64,000 nt of DNA. It comes from the human T2T-CHM13v2.0 reference genome, Homo sapiens. Positions 54,701-64,000 of this stretch are shown one piece after another. The DNA is taken from assembly GCF_009914755.1 (NCBI RefSeq), contig NC_060941.1; one strand, 5' to 3'. A program made the translations under genes and the position numbers. The first letter of the stretch is position 1. Each line of letters begins with the position of its first letter. The notes beneath the pieces are model-generated. The model did no database searches. It worked only from the letters and a program-made list of their open reading frames with translations, and was not told the origin of the DNA.

Positions 54701-57700
54701 GCAGAGAGGCAGTGACTGTGGCTAAAGCCTCTCCTTGGCACTGCCTCTGATTAGGAGGCCCTGGGGGCACCATGACACCTAGCAGTGTGCCCAGTGGGCA
54801 GGAGGACACAGGAGGGGGGATCCAAACTGGAGAGCTTCCGGGGGCTGGGGAAGACCAGGACCATGATCTACATGATGAGGCCTGTGAGATTTCCAGGAAA
54901 CCTCCTGCCACCGAGGTGTTCCCTGACTTCCCACACCTCCTTGAAGACTTGCCTCCCACTGACCCAGTGACCCTCACTGCCTCACTGCAGCCTGTCTGTG
55001 CCCCTGTCCTGGGTGGGTGGGAGCAGCAGGCAGGCCCATCAGAAGCAGAGGTGAGGTGAGCTGAGGAGTCTGAACAGAAGAGCAGAGATTTCAGGGTCAG
55101 TGGAGCAGGTGGAAGCTGGGGCGATGGCAGCTGGCTGGGGTCGGGCTTGGGCAGAGCACGAGTGACTGGTCCAAGCCTCTGCTCAGCTCTGACGAGGCCT
55201 GTCCAGCCCCTCATGCCCTCTCTGCAAGAGGCACATCACTGTCTGCCAGAGCTGGCTCTCAGGCCTCCTGCCTGGACTGCTGCAGTATCCTAATTGGTTT
55301 CTGTCTCTACCCTCCAAGCCGTCCACACGCTGCCACCACTGCAGCCAGATTAATCTTCTTCATACACTGCTTTGTACATCTCCTTCCTCCCTTCCCACCC
55401 GCCCCCAGGGCCTCAGTGGCAGCGTGGTAGGCAGAGACTTGTCCAGAGGGAGCAGAGGAAGGCTGTTCCACCTGGCCCTGCCGACCTTGTAGCCTTCTCT
55501 CCCACCAGCCCCTCTCACCCTCTGATCTGGGCAGACAACTTGATTCTTGGTTCTGCACTGTGCCCTGCACACCCCTTCCCTTGCTGTCCCCAGCTGGGGA
55601 CACCCTCCATGGACATCCTCCCAGGCTGTCCTCCCCACTGGCCCACTGACCTCAGCCGGGATTGAGCTCCCGTGGCTCCTGGGTTTTGCCCCCAGTGTGG
55701 TGTTTAGTTGCAGCCTTGCAGATATCGGTCCTGCCTTCTGTGAGCTTGGCCCTGGGGCTGGGGTTTCTCACAGCCTTTCACTCCTTTGTTCTGTAGAGCA
55801 GCCTCCCAGGAGGTAGTGTTACCCTGTTTAACAGAAGAGGCCACTGGGGATCTGAGAGGCAAAGGGAATTGCCCAAGGTCACATAGGAAGAAAGTCTCAG
55901 AGTTGGTGGCACCTTTCTAACACCAGTGTTTGGCACACAGAAGGCACTTTTAGGGCTAGTTGATGGAGCAGCTATGAGGCTTGGGGAGCCCCGGTGCTGG
56001 GAAGTACTGAGCAGCTTAACGCTGCTGCAAGGTGACAGCCGGAGGGGAGGGGAGTGGAGGTGTTAGGAAATGGGAGATGGAGATTTACAGTCAACATCAG
56101 CACAGACAAGAGACCTGGGACCTCTGGGTGGGATAAGCTCAGGCTGCCTGGCCTCATTTCACCGAAACCTCCACTGGGCCTTGACATCTGTGAACAGCAG
56201 GAAGGATGCAGGCTAGACCTGGGAAGGGACTTCCACAGCTGGGGGTGGCCAGTGAGGGGTGGCTGGCTCCAGCCTGATGAGTTTGTGTGCTCTCTGTGTG
56301 AGCTCTGTCTGGGTATATGGTGGGGGCGATGTTGTGGAAAAGGTCTTGAGGGCAGAGATGTAGAGGGAGGCACAACGGACCTGGCTCTGCACCTCTCCAG
56401 GAGGGTGATGTGACCTCCATCAAGGCACCACACCCCTCGGAGCCTCAGTTTCCCAGACTATCTAGGAGGCTCACAGCCCTCCCTCGTTTGTTGTGAGCAG
56501 GGAGGAAATGAAATCCCACGAGGAGGTCTTCAGCCTAGTTGGCCTGTGGTGGGCACTGCCAGATGTTGGCTCCACCCCTGCCCCTTTTCAGCCGTAATTA
56601 CAGCTCTGGTCCCTGGGGCAACTTTGTTGCTAAGATTGTGTCTCTATGTCCTCGTCCTGCATTCGCAGATCGTTCCCAGCCTCCAATTTAGTAACTTGGA
56701 CAGACCTGGCTATCTGGGGGAGGAGGGCTCTTTTTCCATGGCTCACTGGAGGGAATACCGGGGCCCTGGAGAAGAAGTGGCATTTACCCTAAGTGTTGCA
56801 GGGAGACTAGAGAGAGCAAGGCAGGGCCGAGGGAGTGCGCCAGGCCCCTTTCCACCTGCATCAGGCTGCCCTGCTTTTCCAGGCCTGGAGTCACTTGGCT
56901 GGGCAAAACAGGGGTTCCAGCCTTTGCTGGCACAGCCCTTGACAAAGTTCAATGAGGCAAGCCTTATGGGACGGCAGGCTTCTCAGGAGCCTGGCATCAT
57001 CCTTCTCCATAAGCCTCTCGGTGGTGTGCAGGAGAGTGAGGTGTGCACGTGTCCACAAGCCATCAGTACAGACTCCTGAGAGCCCCGTGGATAACATCGG
57101 GGAGTGAAGAGAACAGTCTCCTTCTCCACGCACAGTAGTAGTCGGACTTTTAGAATTCACTGATTGAGTAAATACATGACATCAAAAGCTACTGTGTTTT
57201 CAGCAACTTTTAAAAGAACGTTTCATTAATTTTTATTTTTAGCAGCTTTTTGGGGGTATAGTTTATATGCCATGAAATTTGCCCATTATAAGCGTACCTC
57301 AGCTGTGTCTTCACATCGAGTTGGTCTTTATTCCTAGAACTCTGTTGATTTGAATATAATTTTAGAAGACACGTTGTGTATCCAGTCCACCGTGTATCTG
57401 GATTCACAAGCCCCTCACCATCACCGTGGCTTGGTTCTGAATCCTGACTGTCTAATATTCTTGGAGTCAGAGGGATGTGGGATTGGGCCCCACCCCAGCT
57501 CTTCCTGCCCTGTGACTTTGAACATCATACCTGTGCGGTCCATGTTCATTTTAATCTAATCCAAGGCCCGAAAACACGGCGAGTGGCAGAGTGACAGGGA
57601 GGAGGGTTTGCCGACTCCCGCTCCCTGGCAGACCGGACTTGGAAGTACAGAGTGGGGGGATCCACTTAGCCAGGTGGGGTCTGAGCCCAGGGCTTTATAT

Positions 57701-59057
57701 GCATTGATCCTGGCCCCGCCCCACCTCCTGTACTGTGCTCACGCCGGAGACACTAATGGCCCTGTGTGACCGGGCTAACCAGGTCAGGTGGCAGTGCCCC
57801 CACTCACAATCCACGGAGCTACGACTTACTTGAGATCTGCTGGAGCAACGGGCTCCATGCCATACTGGCCCCCACGACAGCCACTCCCCCTCTGCATAGC
57901 TGGCTGTCTGCCTGCCTGCTGGCCCTGACTCTGCCCCCAGGCCTGCCTTTGAACAGTCTGAAAGTTTATCTCTCTCTGAGTAACTGTTGTCCCCGAGGCT
58001 CCCAAATGCCGCTCACCTGCTAGTCAGAAGCCCCTTGTTCCGAGTCTTTTCACCTCCCATCCAAGCTGGCTGCACAAACTAGGGCCATTAGGATACATTT
58101 GGGTGTCCTCAGGCCTGGCTGCAGGCTTGGTTGGGCAGCTGGCCAGCGAGACAGTGAGAAGCAAGGAGAGGTGTCTGATGGAATGAGTGCCTCATTTGAA
58201 TGTTTCATTAACCCATACTTTTTGAGCAGCTACTATGGACTTGGCCTCTGCCCTCCAGGCCAGACACCTAGTTTGTCCAGACATCCATCAGGTGGACAGT
58301 GGGGTCCATTGAGCCAACCATATCTCTTCTTGCTTCCCCAGCCCTCTGCCTGGCCACACCCCTCCCTTCTTCAACCAGAACCAGGCTGAGGTTGCTCATG
58401 ATCCCCCCACCCCGTGCCACACCACCTAGACCCTTGGCTGGGGAGACTCCACAAACCCTTAGGCATTCAAGTGCTGCCTCTCTCCCAACTAAGCCTTTCT
58501 CTGTGTGTTCACCCCTCACCTTTTCTCCCCTGAACTCCCGGACTTGCTGCCTGGATAATTTATTTTGGCACTGAAGCATTTAAGGCCTCTTGTGGTTATT
58601 CAGCCGTTTTGTGTGTGTACAACGTGTTTCTAGCAGACACTGAGCTCCTGGGAGGCGGGGCGTGTGGCTGGCATGTTTTTGCAGCTCCTTTAATGCCTGG
58701 TGCATTGCTAGGCACTTCATATTGAAAGCGAGGTCACTAGTGAGCTGGAATGGCAGATGAGACAGGGTTCGTCATTCGTCCTTCTGAGGACTCTAGGGTG
58801 CATCCTCAGTCCCAGTCCCAGACTCGGGTAGGGAGCATGAAAGGAATTACCTCTGGTGTTTCACATTTGGCCAGAGAGGTTGAGAATCTTGCTGAAGGTC
58901 ACAGAGTGAGTGACAGGATAGGCTGAGGATTAACCCGGGTGTCCCGGGCTCAGGCTGAGGCTCCAGGTGTCTCCTCAACTGTGACAACCCTTCCTGGGTG
59001 TCTGCGTGTCTTCCTTCTGCCTATCACCATGTGTGTGACTGGGAATGCGTGCATTTT

Positions 59058-59113
<56 letters not shown>

Positions 59114-61255
59114 TGGAAGGAAGCAAGAGTAGCCAACTGTTGTCCAAGAGAAAGCTGCCAAGTCCACAGAGTAATTGTGGAATACATGTGACGTTGTGTG
59201 GGGCTTGACGACCGGGTGTGCCTGTGAGGCCTTGGCGATCGCCCTCTGACATCCGCCAGCATTGTCATGCTGCTGGCCTGGGCCCGCTAGGCTTGCATTG
59301 TAGCCTAGGTCAAGATGGGCCATGCAGCTCCCAGCAGGAGATAGGGCGGAACCCACACCACAGGCCTCCCATTGAGTTTGTGGCCCCTGAATCTGAGACC
59401 CAGAGCTGGGGCTATGGGTTTCACGTGGCCCTTTCCTGGGGCCCCTGCCCCTGGGTGCATTTCCTCCTGGAGCCTTTGGGGCAGGGTCCTCCCCATGGGC
59501 CTGAGCATCCAGCAACCCCTCCGCACAAGCTTGCTATTCCTGCTCCTCCTCTCCCTGGTGTCCCATGTTTGGAGGACTGGATCGAGGGGCTCAGTGATAA
59601 GCCAGCTGCCTCACATCCCACCCTGCCCTGCAGCCCGAGGAGCTTACCAACGCCCTAGAAATCAGCAACATCGTCTTCACCAGCCTCTTTGCCCTGGAGA
59701 TGCTGCTGAAGCTGCTTGTGTATGGTCCCTTTGGCTACATCAAGAATCCCTACAACATCTTCGATGGTGTCATTGTGGTCATCAGGTATGACTACCCCCC
59801 GGCACTGACTCTCAGTTGAGGAATGGTAGCAGGGGTGGCTTGGGGCCAGGGGCCATGCCACCTATTCCCCTGGGGTGGAGGGGTCTGGAGTCAGGCCCCA
59901 CTGACCCCACAGGACCTGCCACTCCTCCTAGGTGGGGGGCTCTCTGTGTCCCCATGCCCCCTCCATCTCTCTCTTGGCCCCACCTTGCTCCTGTTGACCT
60001 TGGGCTCACCTCTTCATTGCCCAGGCCCCTCTTTAGTCTCCTCTCTCCACTTCTACCTCTTGTCCTTGACCCCACCCAGGCCTGGGATGGGCGAGGGTGA
60101 GATTGGCTTTAGAGGAGTTGGAAGAGGTATGAGGCCCAGCCAGCTGCCCGGCTCGAAAAGTGCTTGGAAATCATCTCAGACACCAGCAACTTGCTTTAGG
60201 GTTTCCAAGACCTTGGGAAAGTGCTCCGTCCCCGCAAGGCCTGGGGCCAGGAGAACCACTTTATTGCTTTTGGAATTGGCTTTAGATTTCATTAGAAGAG
60301 AACAAAGCAAATATTCCATAACTTGATGCAGTTGCATTGGCCAGATTTAGGGAGGGAGTTGTCTACTGCCAGGATGTGATCTCTGGCAGGGAGGAGAGGG
60401 CGGAGGGGGCCGGGGCTGTCACCCAAATCCTCACTATCTTGGAGGCTCCTGCTTAGAGGTCTGGGGGCCCACCTGTGCCCCATTTTCTCTCGACGTGCCC
60501 ACCCAGCCAGGCCCTTGGGTGCTACTGAGTCCTCTCCGAGGGAGTAGGGGGAGAGGGTGAAGGTGCAGGGGGCTCAGGCTGCCTGCCCCCTTTGCAGCGT
60601 GTGGGAGATCGTGGGCCAGCAGGGGGGCGGCCTGTCGGTGCTGCGGACCTTCCGCCTGATGCGTGTGCTGAAGCTGGTGCGCTTCCTGCCGGCGCTGCAG
60701 CGGCAGCTGGTGGTGCTCATGAAGACCATGGACAACGTGGCCACCTTCTGCATGCTGCTTATGCTCTTCATCTTCATCTTCAGGTGAGGGCGGCATGGCA
60801 CCTTGCCGGCTGAGAGACCGGCCAGGCTGGGGGCAGGAGGGCCTGAGGGGTGAGGAGCACTGGGCTCTGATCCCTAGCTTGTGGCCCCCTTGTGCCCACA
60901 GCATCCTGGGCATGCATCTCTTCGGCTGCAAGTTTGCCTCTGAGCGGGATGGGGACACCCTGCCAGACCGGAAGAATTTTGACTCCTTGCTCTGGGCCAT
61001 CGTCACTGTCTTTCAGGTGCGAGGGTAACAGGGCAGGGCGTGGACAGGGGCCGTCAGGTGCCCCTAGTATAGGCCCTGATTCCTGTCTTCTGCCCGCAGA
61101 TCCTGACCCAGGAGGACTGGAACAAAGTCCTCTACAATGGTATGGCCTCCACGTCGTCCTGGGCGGCCCTTTATTTCATTGCCCTCATGACCTTCGGCAA
61201 CTACGTGCTCTTCAATTTGCTGGTCGCCATTCTGGTGGAGGGCTTCCAGGCGGAG
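30596..61255 (+). CDS. CACNA1G: Voltage-dependent T-type calcium channel alpha-1G (Cav3.1), exons 1-13 (c.1-2910, 970 codons; continues beyond the window)
   Basis: [20 protein letters not shown]-terminus; S4 segments [16 protein letters not shown] and [15 protein letters not shown]; pore motifs ITLEGW and LTQEDW; I-II loop poly-His; consistent exon phases. Confidence 0.97.
33262..33295 (+). repeat. (GT)17 microsatellite
   Basis: Direct reading. Confidence 0.95.
34238..34290 (+). repeat. Mixed (CA)n/(CG)n alternating purine-pyrimidine tract
   Basis: CACACGCAGACATGCGCACGCGCGCGCACACACACACGCGCACACACACACAC. Confidence 0.85.
38003..38114 (+). CDS. CACNA1G: CACNA1G exon 2 (IS1)
   Basis: [25 protein letters not shown]; CAG|GTGAGT donor. 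Confidence 0.95.
38119..38169 (+). repeat. (GT)20 plus interrupted GT repeat abutting the exon 2 donor
   Basis: Direct reading. Confidence 0.95.
38310..38443 (+). CDS. CACNA1G: CACNA1G exon 3 (IS2-IS3)
   Basis: [22 protein letters not shown]...[11 protein letters not shown]; AGG|GTGAGG donor. Confidence 0.95.
38851..38948 (+). CDS. CACNA1G: CACNA1G exon 4 (IS4)
   Basis: [32 protein letters not shown]; CCA|GTGAGT donor. Confidence 0.95.
39703..39752 (+). repeat. (TG)25 microsatellite
   Basis: Direct reading. Confidence 0.95.
41041..41200 (+). CDS. CACNA1G: CACNA1G exon 5 (IS5)
   Basis: [39 protein letters not shown]; CCT|GTGAGT donor. Confidence 0.95.
41318..41492. mobile_element. MER5A-like hAT-Charlie DNA transposon fossil
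   Basis: GGTTCTCAAACTTGGCT...CACCTGGGGAGTTTTAAAAAGTACTGATGCCTGGG...AGAGATTCTGATT...TTGAAAATCACT. Confidence 0.65.
41717..42017 (+). CDS. CACNA1G: CACNA1G exon 6 (domain I extracellular loop/pore)
   Basis: [11 protein letters not shown]...[17 protein letters not shown]; CAG|GTGGGG donor. Confidence 0.95.
42184..42276 (+). CDS. CACNA1G: CACNA1G exon 7 (domain I selectivity filter)
   Basis: [31 protein letters not shown]; ATC|GTGAGT donor. Confidence 0.95.
44706..45489 (+). CDS. CACNA1G: CACNA1G exon 8 (IS6 and I-II loop, poly-His)
   Basis: [25 protein letters not shown]...KLLETQST; CAG|GTGAGA donor. Confidence 0.95.
46594..46970 (+). repeat. Degenerate (TG/CA)-type alternating purine-pyrimidine tract
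   Basis: Direct reading. Confidence 0.85.
47140..47325. mobile_element. MER20-like DNA transposon fragment
   Basis: GCTATTGACATTAGGGC...CAGCACCCCTGGCCCACTAAGTGCCTAGCACCCC resembles MER20 (recalled from memory). Confidence 0.5.
47351..47727 (+). CDS. CACNA1G: CACNA1G exon 9 (end of I-II loop, IIS1)
   Basis: [12 protein letters not shown]...[32 protein letters not shown]; CAG|GTAGGA donor. Confidence 0.95.
48340..48600 (+). mobile_element. Ancient L3/CR1-like LINE fragment
   Basis: GCTGTCTTCAAATATTTGAAGGGCTGTCATGTGGAAGAGG is typical of the L3 3' region. Confidence 0.5.
50130..50470 (+). repeat. Purine-rich (GAGACA/GA)n low-complexity tract
   Basis: Direct reading. Confidence 0.85.
51042..51249 (-). 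mobile_element. MER63-like hAT DNA transposon
   Basis: TGTAGCATTTGCCAATTTCCATGGTGTAAATGCTCCCACC...AAGCTACCAAC...CAGCTCCAGCACGCCACTGG terminus. Confidence 0.65.
54305..54472 (-). mobile_element. Alu right-arm fragment (AluJ/FRAM-like)
   Basis: TTTATTTATT...GGCTCACTACAGCC...GTAGCTGGGACTACGGGCACCTGCCACCATGCCTGGCTA. Confidence 0.8.
59058..59112 (+). repeat. Compound (TC)9(TG)18 microsatellite
   Basis: Direct reading. Confidence 0.93.
59634..59785 (+). CDS. CACNA1G: CACNA1G exon 10 (IIS2-IIS3)
   Basis: [27 protein letters not shown]...[11 protein letters not shown]; CAG|GTATGA donor. Confidence 0.95.
60598..60783 (+). CDS. CACNA1G: CACNA1G exon 11 (IIS4-IIS5)
   Basis: [29 protein letters not shown]; CAG|GTGAGG donor. 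Confidence 0.95.
60902..61016 (+). CDS. CACNA1G: CACNA1G exon 12
   Basis: [11 protein letters not shown]...[14 protein letters not shown]; CAG|GTGCGA donor. Confidence 0.95.
61100..61255 (+). CDS. CACNA1G: CACNA1G exon 13 (domain II pore, IIS6)
   Basis: [15 protein letters not shown]...[14 protein letters not shown]; GAG|GTAACC donor. Confidence 0.95.
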
Positions 61256-64000
61256 GTAACCCACTGCTCTGCCCACCTCACCCTGCCCACAGCAGTCCCA
61301 CTTCCAATTGGCTGCCTGTCTTGAGCCTCCTCCCTCTGTTGCCAACTTTGGGGGCCTGGGAAGTCCCACAGGAAGAGCCTCTTAGACTAAGCCGGGGTGG
61401 ACCAGGGCGGGAGGCTCCAGATCTCGTGCAGCCCCTCATCACATGGGACACAGGGTGGTTGTTTGGGGTCCCTCCACCAAAGCTTAGCTACCGAGTAGAC
61501 ATCCCCTTCAGAGTTGGCTAGACCCCTTCCCCAGAGAGGCAGACCAGATAAGTGTCTGCCTGTGGTGCAGCTGGACTCCTGAGCACAGTGCTCTATGGAA
61601 CACCCGGAGAGGACCCCTCTGAGCCGAGGGGTGCAGGAGGCTTGTGTGCAAGTTATCTGAGCTCTGACTGAGCAGATGAAGATGCCACTAAGACCAGAGC
61701 AGGGCTGAGCTGCCCAGGGTGAGAAATGAGCCCAATTAGCTACGGGCATGGCAGAGATGAGCGTCCTATTTCCAGCCCAGGCTCCATCACCTTCGTCACA
61801 GGCAGCGTCATCAATTAATATTGATTTACATTGATCCTGCCCTTGCCATGTCAGCGAGCAGCCTCTGCCCAGAGGGCTGCACCCCCTCCTCTCCCTCAGC
61901 TCTGCCTCTCTTCCCACCCGAGCCCCCAGACCCACCCCAGCTTGCTGGGGCTTCAAACAGGGCAGTTTGACCCAACCTAGAAACGCTCCAGGTTGGGTCT
62001 GGAGAAGCTCTTGGTCCAGTTCTCTCTGGGTGACCCGGATGGAAACTCCCGCTGCGGCCTGGTCTATAAATACCTGGCACACGGTGGAAAAACAAAAATC
62101 TATTTTCCGACTCTTTCCCAGTCTTTCAAGGGAGGGCTTTTCCCTGTGGGCCGGCTGGGTTGGTGGGGTGCAGCGTATCTGTCCCACACTGGTCTTTCTC
62201 CCCGCTACCCTTTTCAGTCTGTAGTTATCCGTTATCGCATTTCCTCCCTCCTGTGGGGCAGCCAGGGCAGCTGGTGGGGGAGGCTTTGGTGATGGCTGTG
62301 CCTCTTGCAGGGAAGGAGGGAGGGACGCCGGTATGCTCCCTGGAATGGGACACTAATTTGGGGGTTCCCTGAGGCCTGAAGAATTAAGGGGCACCACAGT
62401 ACTCCCACAAGAGCCAGTAGACTCACTCTGCTGCTGCTCAGGGTCTATAAGAGGAGGAGCTGAGTGAGGACCGGGCCCCCTGGCCCCTTCTGAAGGCAGC
62501 TCCTGCCAGCCACGGTTCCCTCAGAAAAATTCCCGTGCAACTCTGTGGAGGGAAATGGAAAACACCGCGGGCCTATTCCCCTCCCCTCCTCTGCCACTCA
62601 GCCGCCAAGGCAGTCTGGAGGTGCCCAGCACAGATGGCCCCCTCCCCAGCACTCAGCCCTTTCAGCAAACACCTTGTTAACTTGAGTGCAGCTGAGCGGC
62701 CTGGTTGCTAGGCAACAGCAAAGCCAGAGTGTGGGAATGAGCGCAGCCTGGCCCTGGGGCGGCCTGGTCACTCTGGCCCTGCTGGGGGCCTGGGACTGCC
62801 CCAGTGTGAGGGCTCAACAAGGCCCACGCAGCCACACCCTCCCCAACCTTCGCAGTATCAGGACCTTTGCAGGGAGGGTCTCACTCAGGATGCGGTGTCT
62901 TGGGCTGGGATGCTTCAGGCCTGGGGTGGGATGGAGAAAGGACTTTAAGAACATCCCCTCTCCATGGGAGTGGGCAGTGACTGTGGCCCCGGAGTGCCCA
63001 TGGGAGGGGCTGGGCCAGTTGCTCCCCTGTCCTGCATGTGGTGGGCAGGGCTGGGGAGTGTCCTTCGATGCCCATGGCCTGGACAACTCCAAGGCACCTG
63101 CCCTCTCCTGGGTAAGGTTTCAGGGGGCCCCACGGTCTGGCAGGGGAGTCTGGTTTTGCTGTTGTGGTGGCCTGGGATTTTTGTTTTTATTTTGACAAAT
63201 AAGACAACCCACCTTGGCAGAGGAAGTGGCTGCCCCCATTTTGGTGGGCTTCCCCAGCAGGAGGCTTCAAGGGTAGCCCCCCTGCTGGCCTTGCTACCTT
63301 GCCAAGAGCTAGGAGGGGGTGGTCCAGGGACACAGCCTGCTTGGCTGGTGATTTCCTGACTTGCAGGGGGCAGCGCCCTGAATCCCTGTGTATTTATCAT
63401 TCACACACTTAATTAAATGAACAGGCAGCAGGCCCTGTGTGAGGCCATTAATTGATACTAAATAACATCAGAGCCATCATCTCAGCATTACTTGTCACAT
63501 CCCATCTCAAACGGAGCAGCTGGATCTGTTCTGATCTGAAGGGACTTAAGCTGAGAGCATGAGACGTTATGAGGCCTGACTTGGCTCCGTGTTGACTCTG
63601 ACTTTCGTCCATTCCTTTCCTTGCTTCCTACCCATTCCCCAAGCCCACTGCCTCCGAACCGGTGAGAGGAGAGTGGTGTTCTGAGCCACAGACTCGGGTT
63701 CCAGGCCCAGATCCACCTCTTACTCTGTATGATTTGGGGCAGTTTCCGCAACTTCTCCAAATCTCGGGTTTCTCTTGTGTAAGATGGCGATCCTGGAACC
63801 CACTTCCTACCTTGCAAGGAAGCCAGCTGGTGTTAAGGAGGCAGTTTCCCATGCCAGGCACACCCTTAATGAATGGTGGCTGTTATTATTAGGATTATGG
63901 GGGGACCTGCCCTTGTCCCCATCTTTTTGGCCTCTGCACTCACCCTTCAGATTCATTCTGGCCTGAGGGCCTGTAGTTGAATTCTGGAAGGCTGTTCTGT

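Noticed and set aside
61387-62187. 266-aa minus-strand ORF in CACNA1G intron 13
   Set aside because: Non-ATG start, no domain similarity that I recognise, no promoter or poly(A) context.
61256-64000. CACNA1G cassette exon 14
   Set aside because: I found no matching in-frame exon before the window end; it presumably lies just downstream.

Overview
Mammalian (human-like, Alu-containing) GC-rich genomic DNA that I recognise as the chr17q21.33 cluster. All protein-coding genes are on the + strand. In order: the last exon of MYCBPAP (499-600); the complete EPN3 gene (non-coding exon 1 plus 9 coding exons, 1899-nt CDS, 632 aa); the complete SPATA20 gene (17 exons, 2409-nt CDS, 802 aa); a large CpG island; and CACNA1G (Cav3.1 T-type Ca2+ channel) exons 1-13 (c.1-2910, truncated by the window end). 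CACNA1G intron 1 is a U12-type AT-AC intron. The antisense lncRNA CACNA1G-AS1 is expected on the - strand from prior knowledge. I built the exon chains by hand from splice signals; the frames and summed lengths are consistent. Most long entries in the ORF track are GC-rich or repeat artefacts. No prokaryote-type system (CRISPR, operon) is present. Most interesting observations, all hypotheses unless stated otherwise: (1) a U2-type splicing path nested inside the CACNA1G U12 intron (GT donor at 30929, 35-nt cryptic exon 33220-33254 followed by (GT)17, AG acceptor at 37999) that would give an in-frame 43-aa insertion; (2) a hidden alternative first coding exon of SPATA20 (17219-17295) that swaps a mitochondrial-type presequence for a Lys/His-rich N-terminus; (3) five RFX X-box-like motifs in 270 bp of CACNA1G intron 1; (4) a duplicated CCAAT/GC/E-box promoter module, an inverted POU-octamer pair and a phased nuclear-receptor half-site array upstream of CACNA1G; (5) a 112-aa spliced uORF overlapping the EPN3 start codon.
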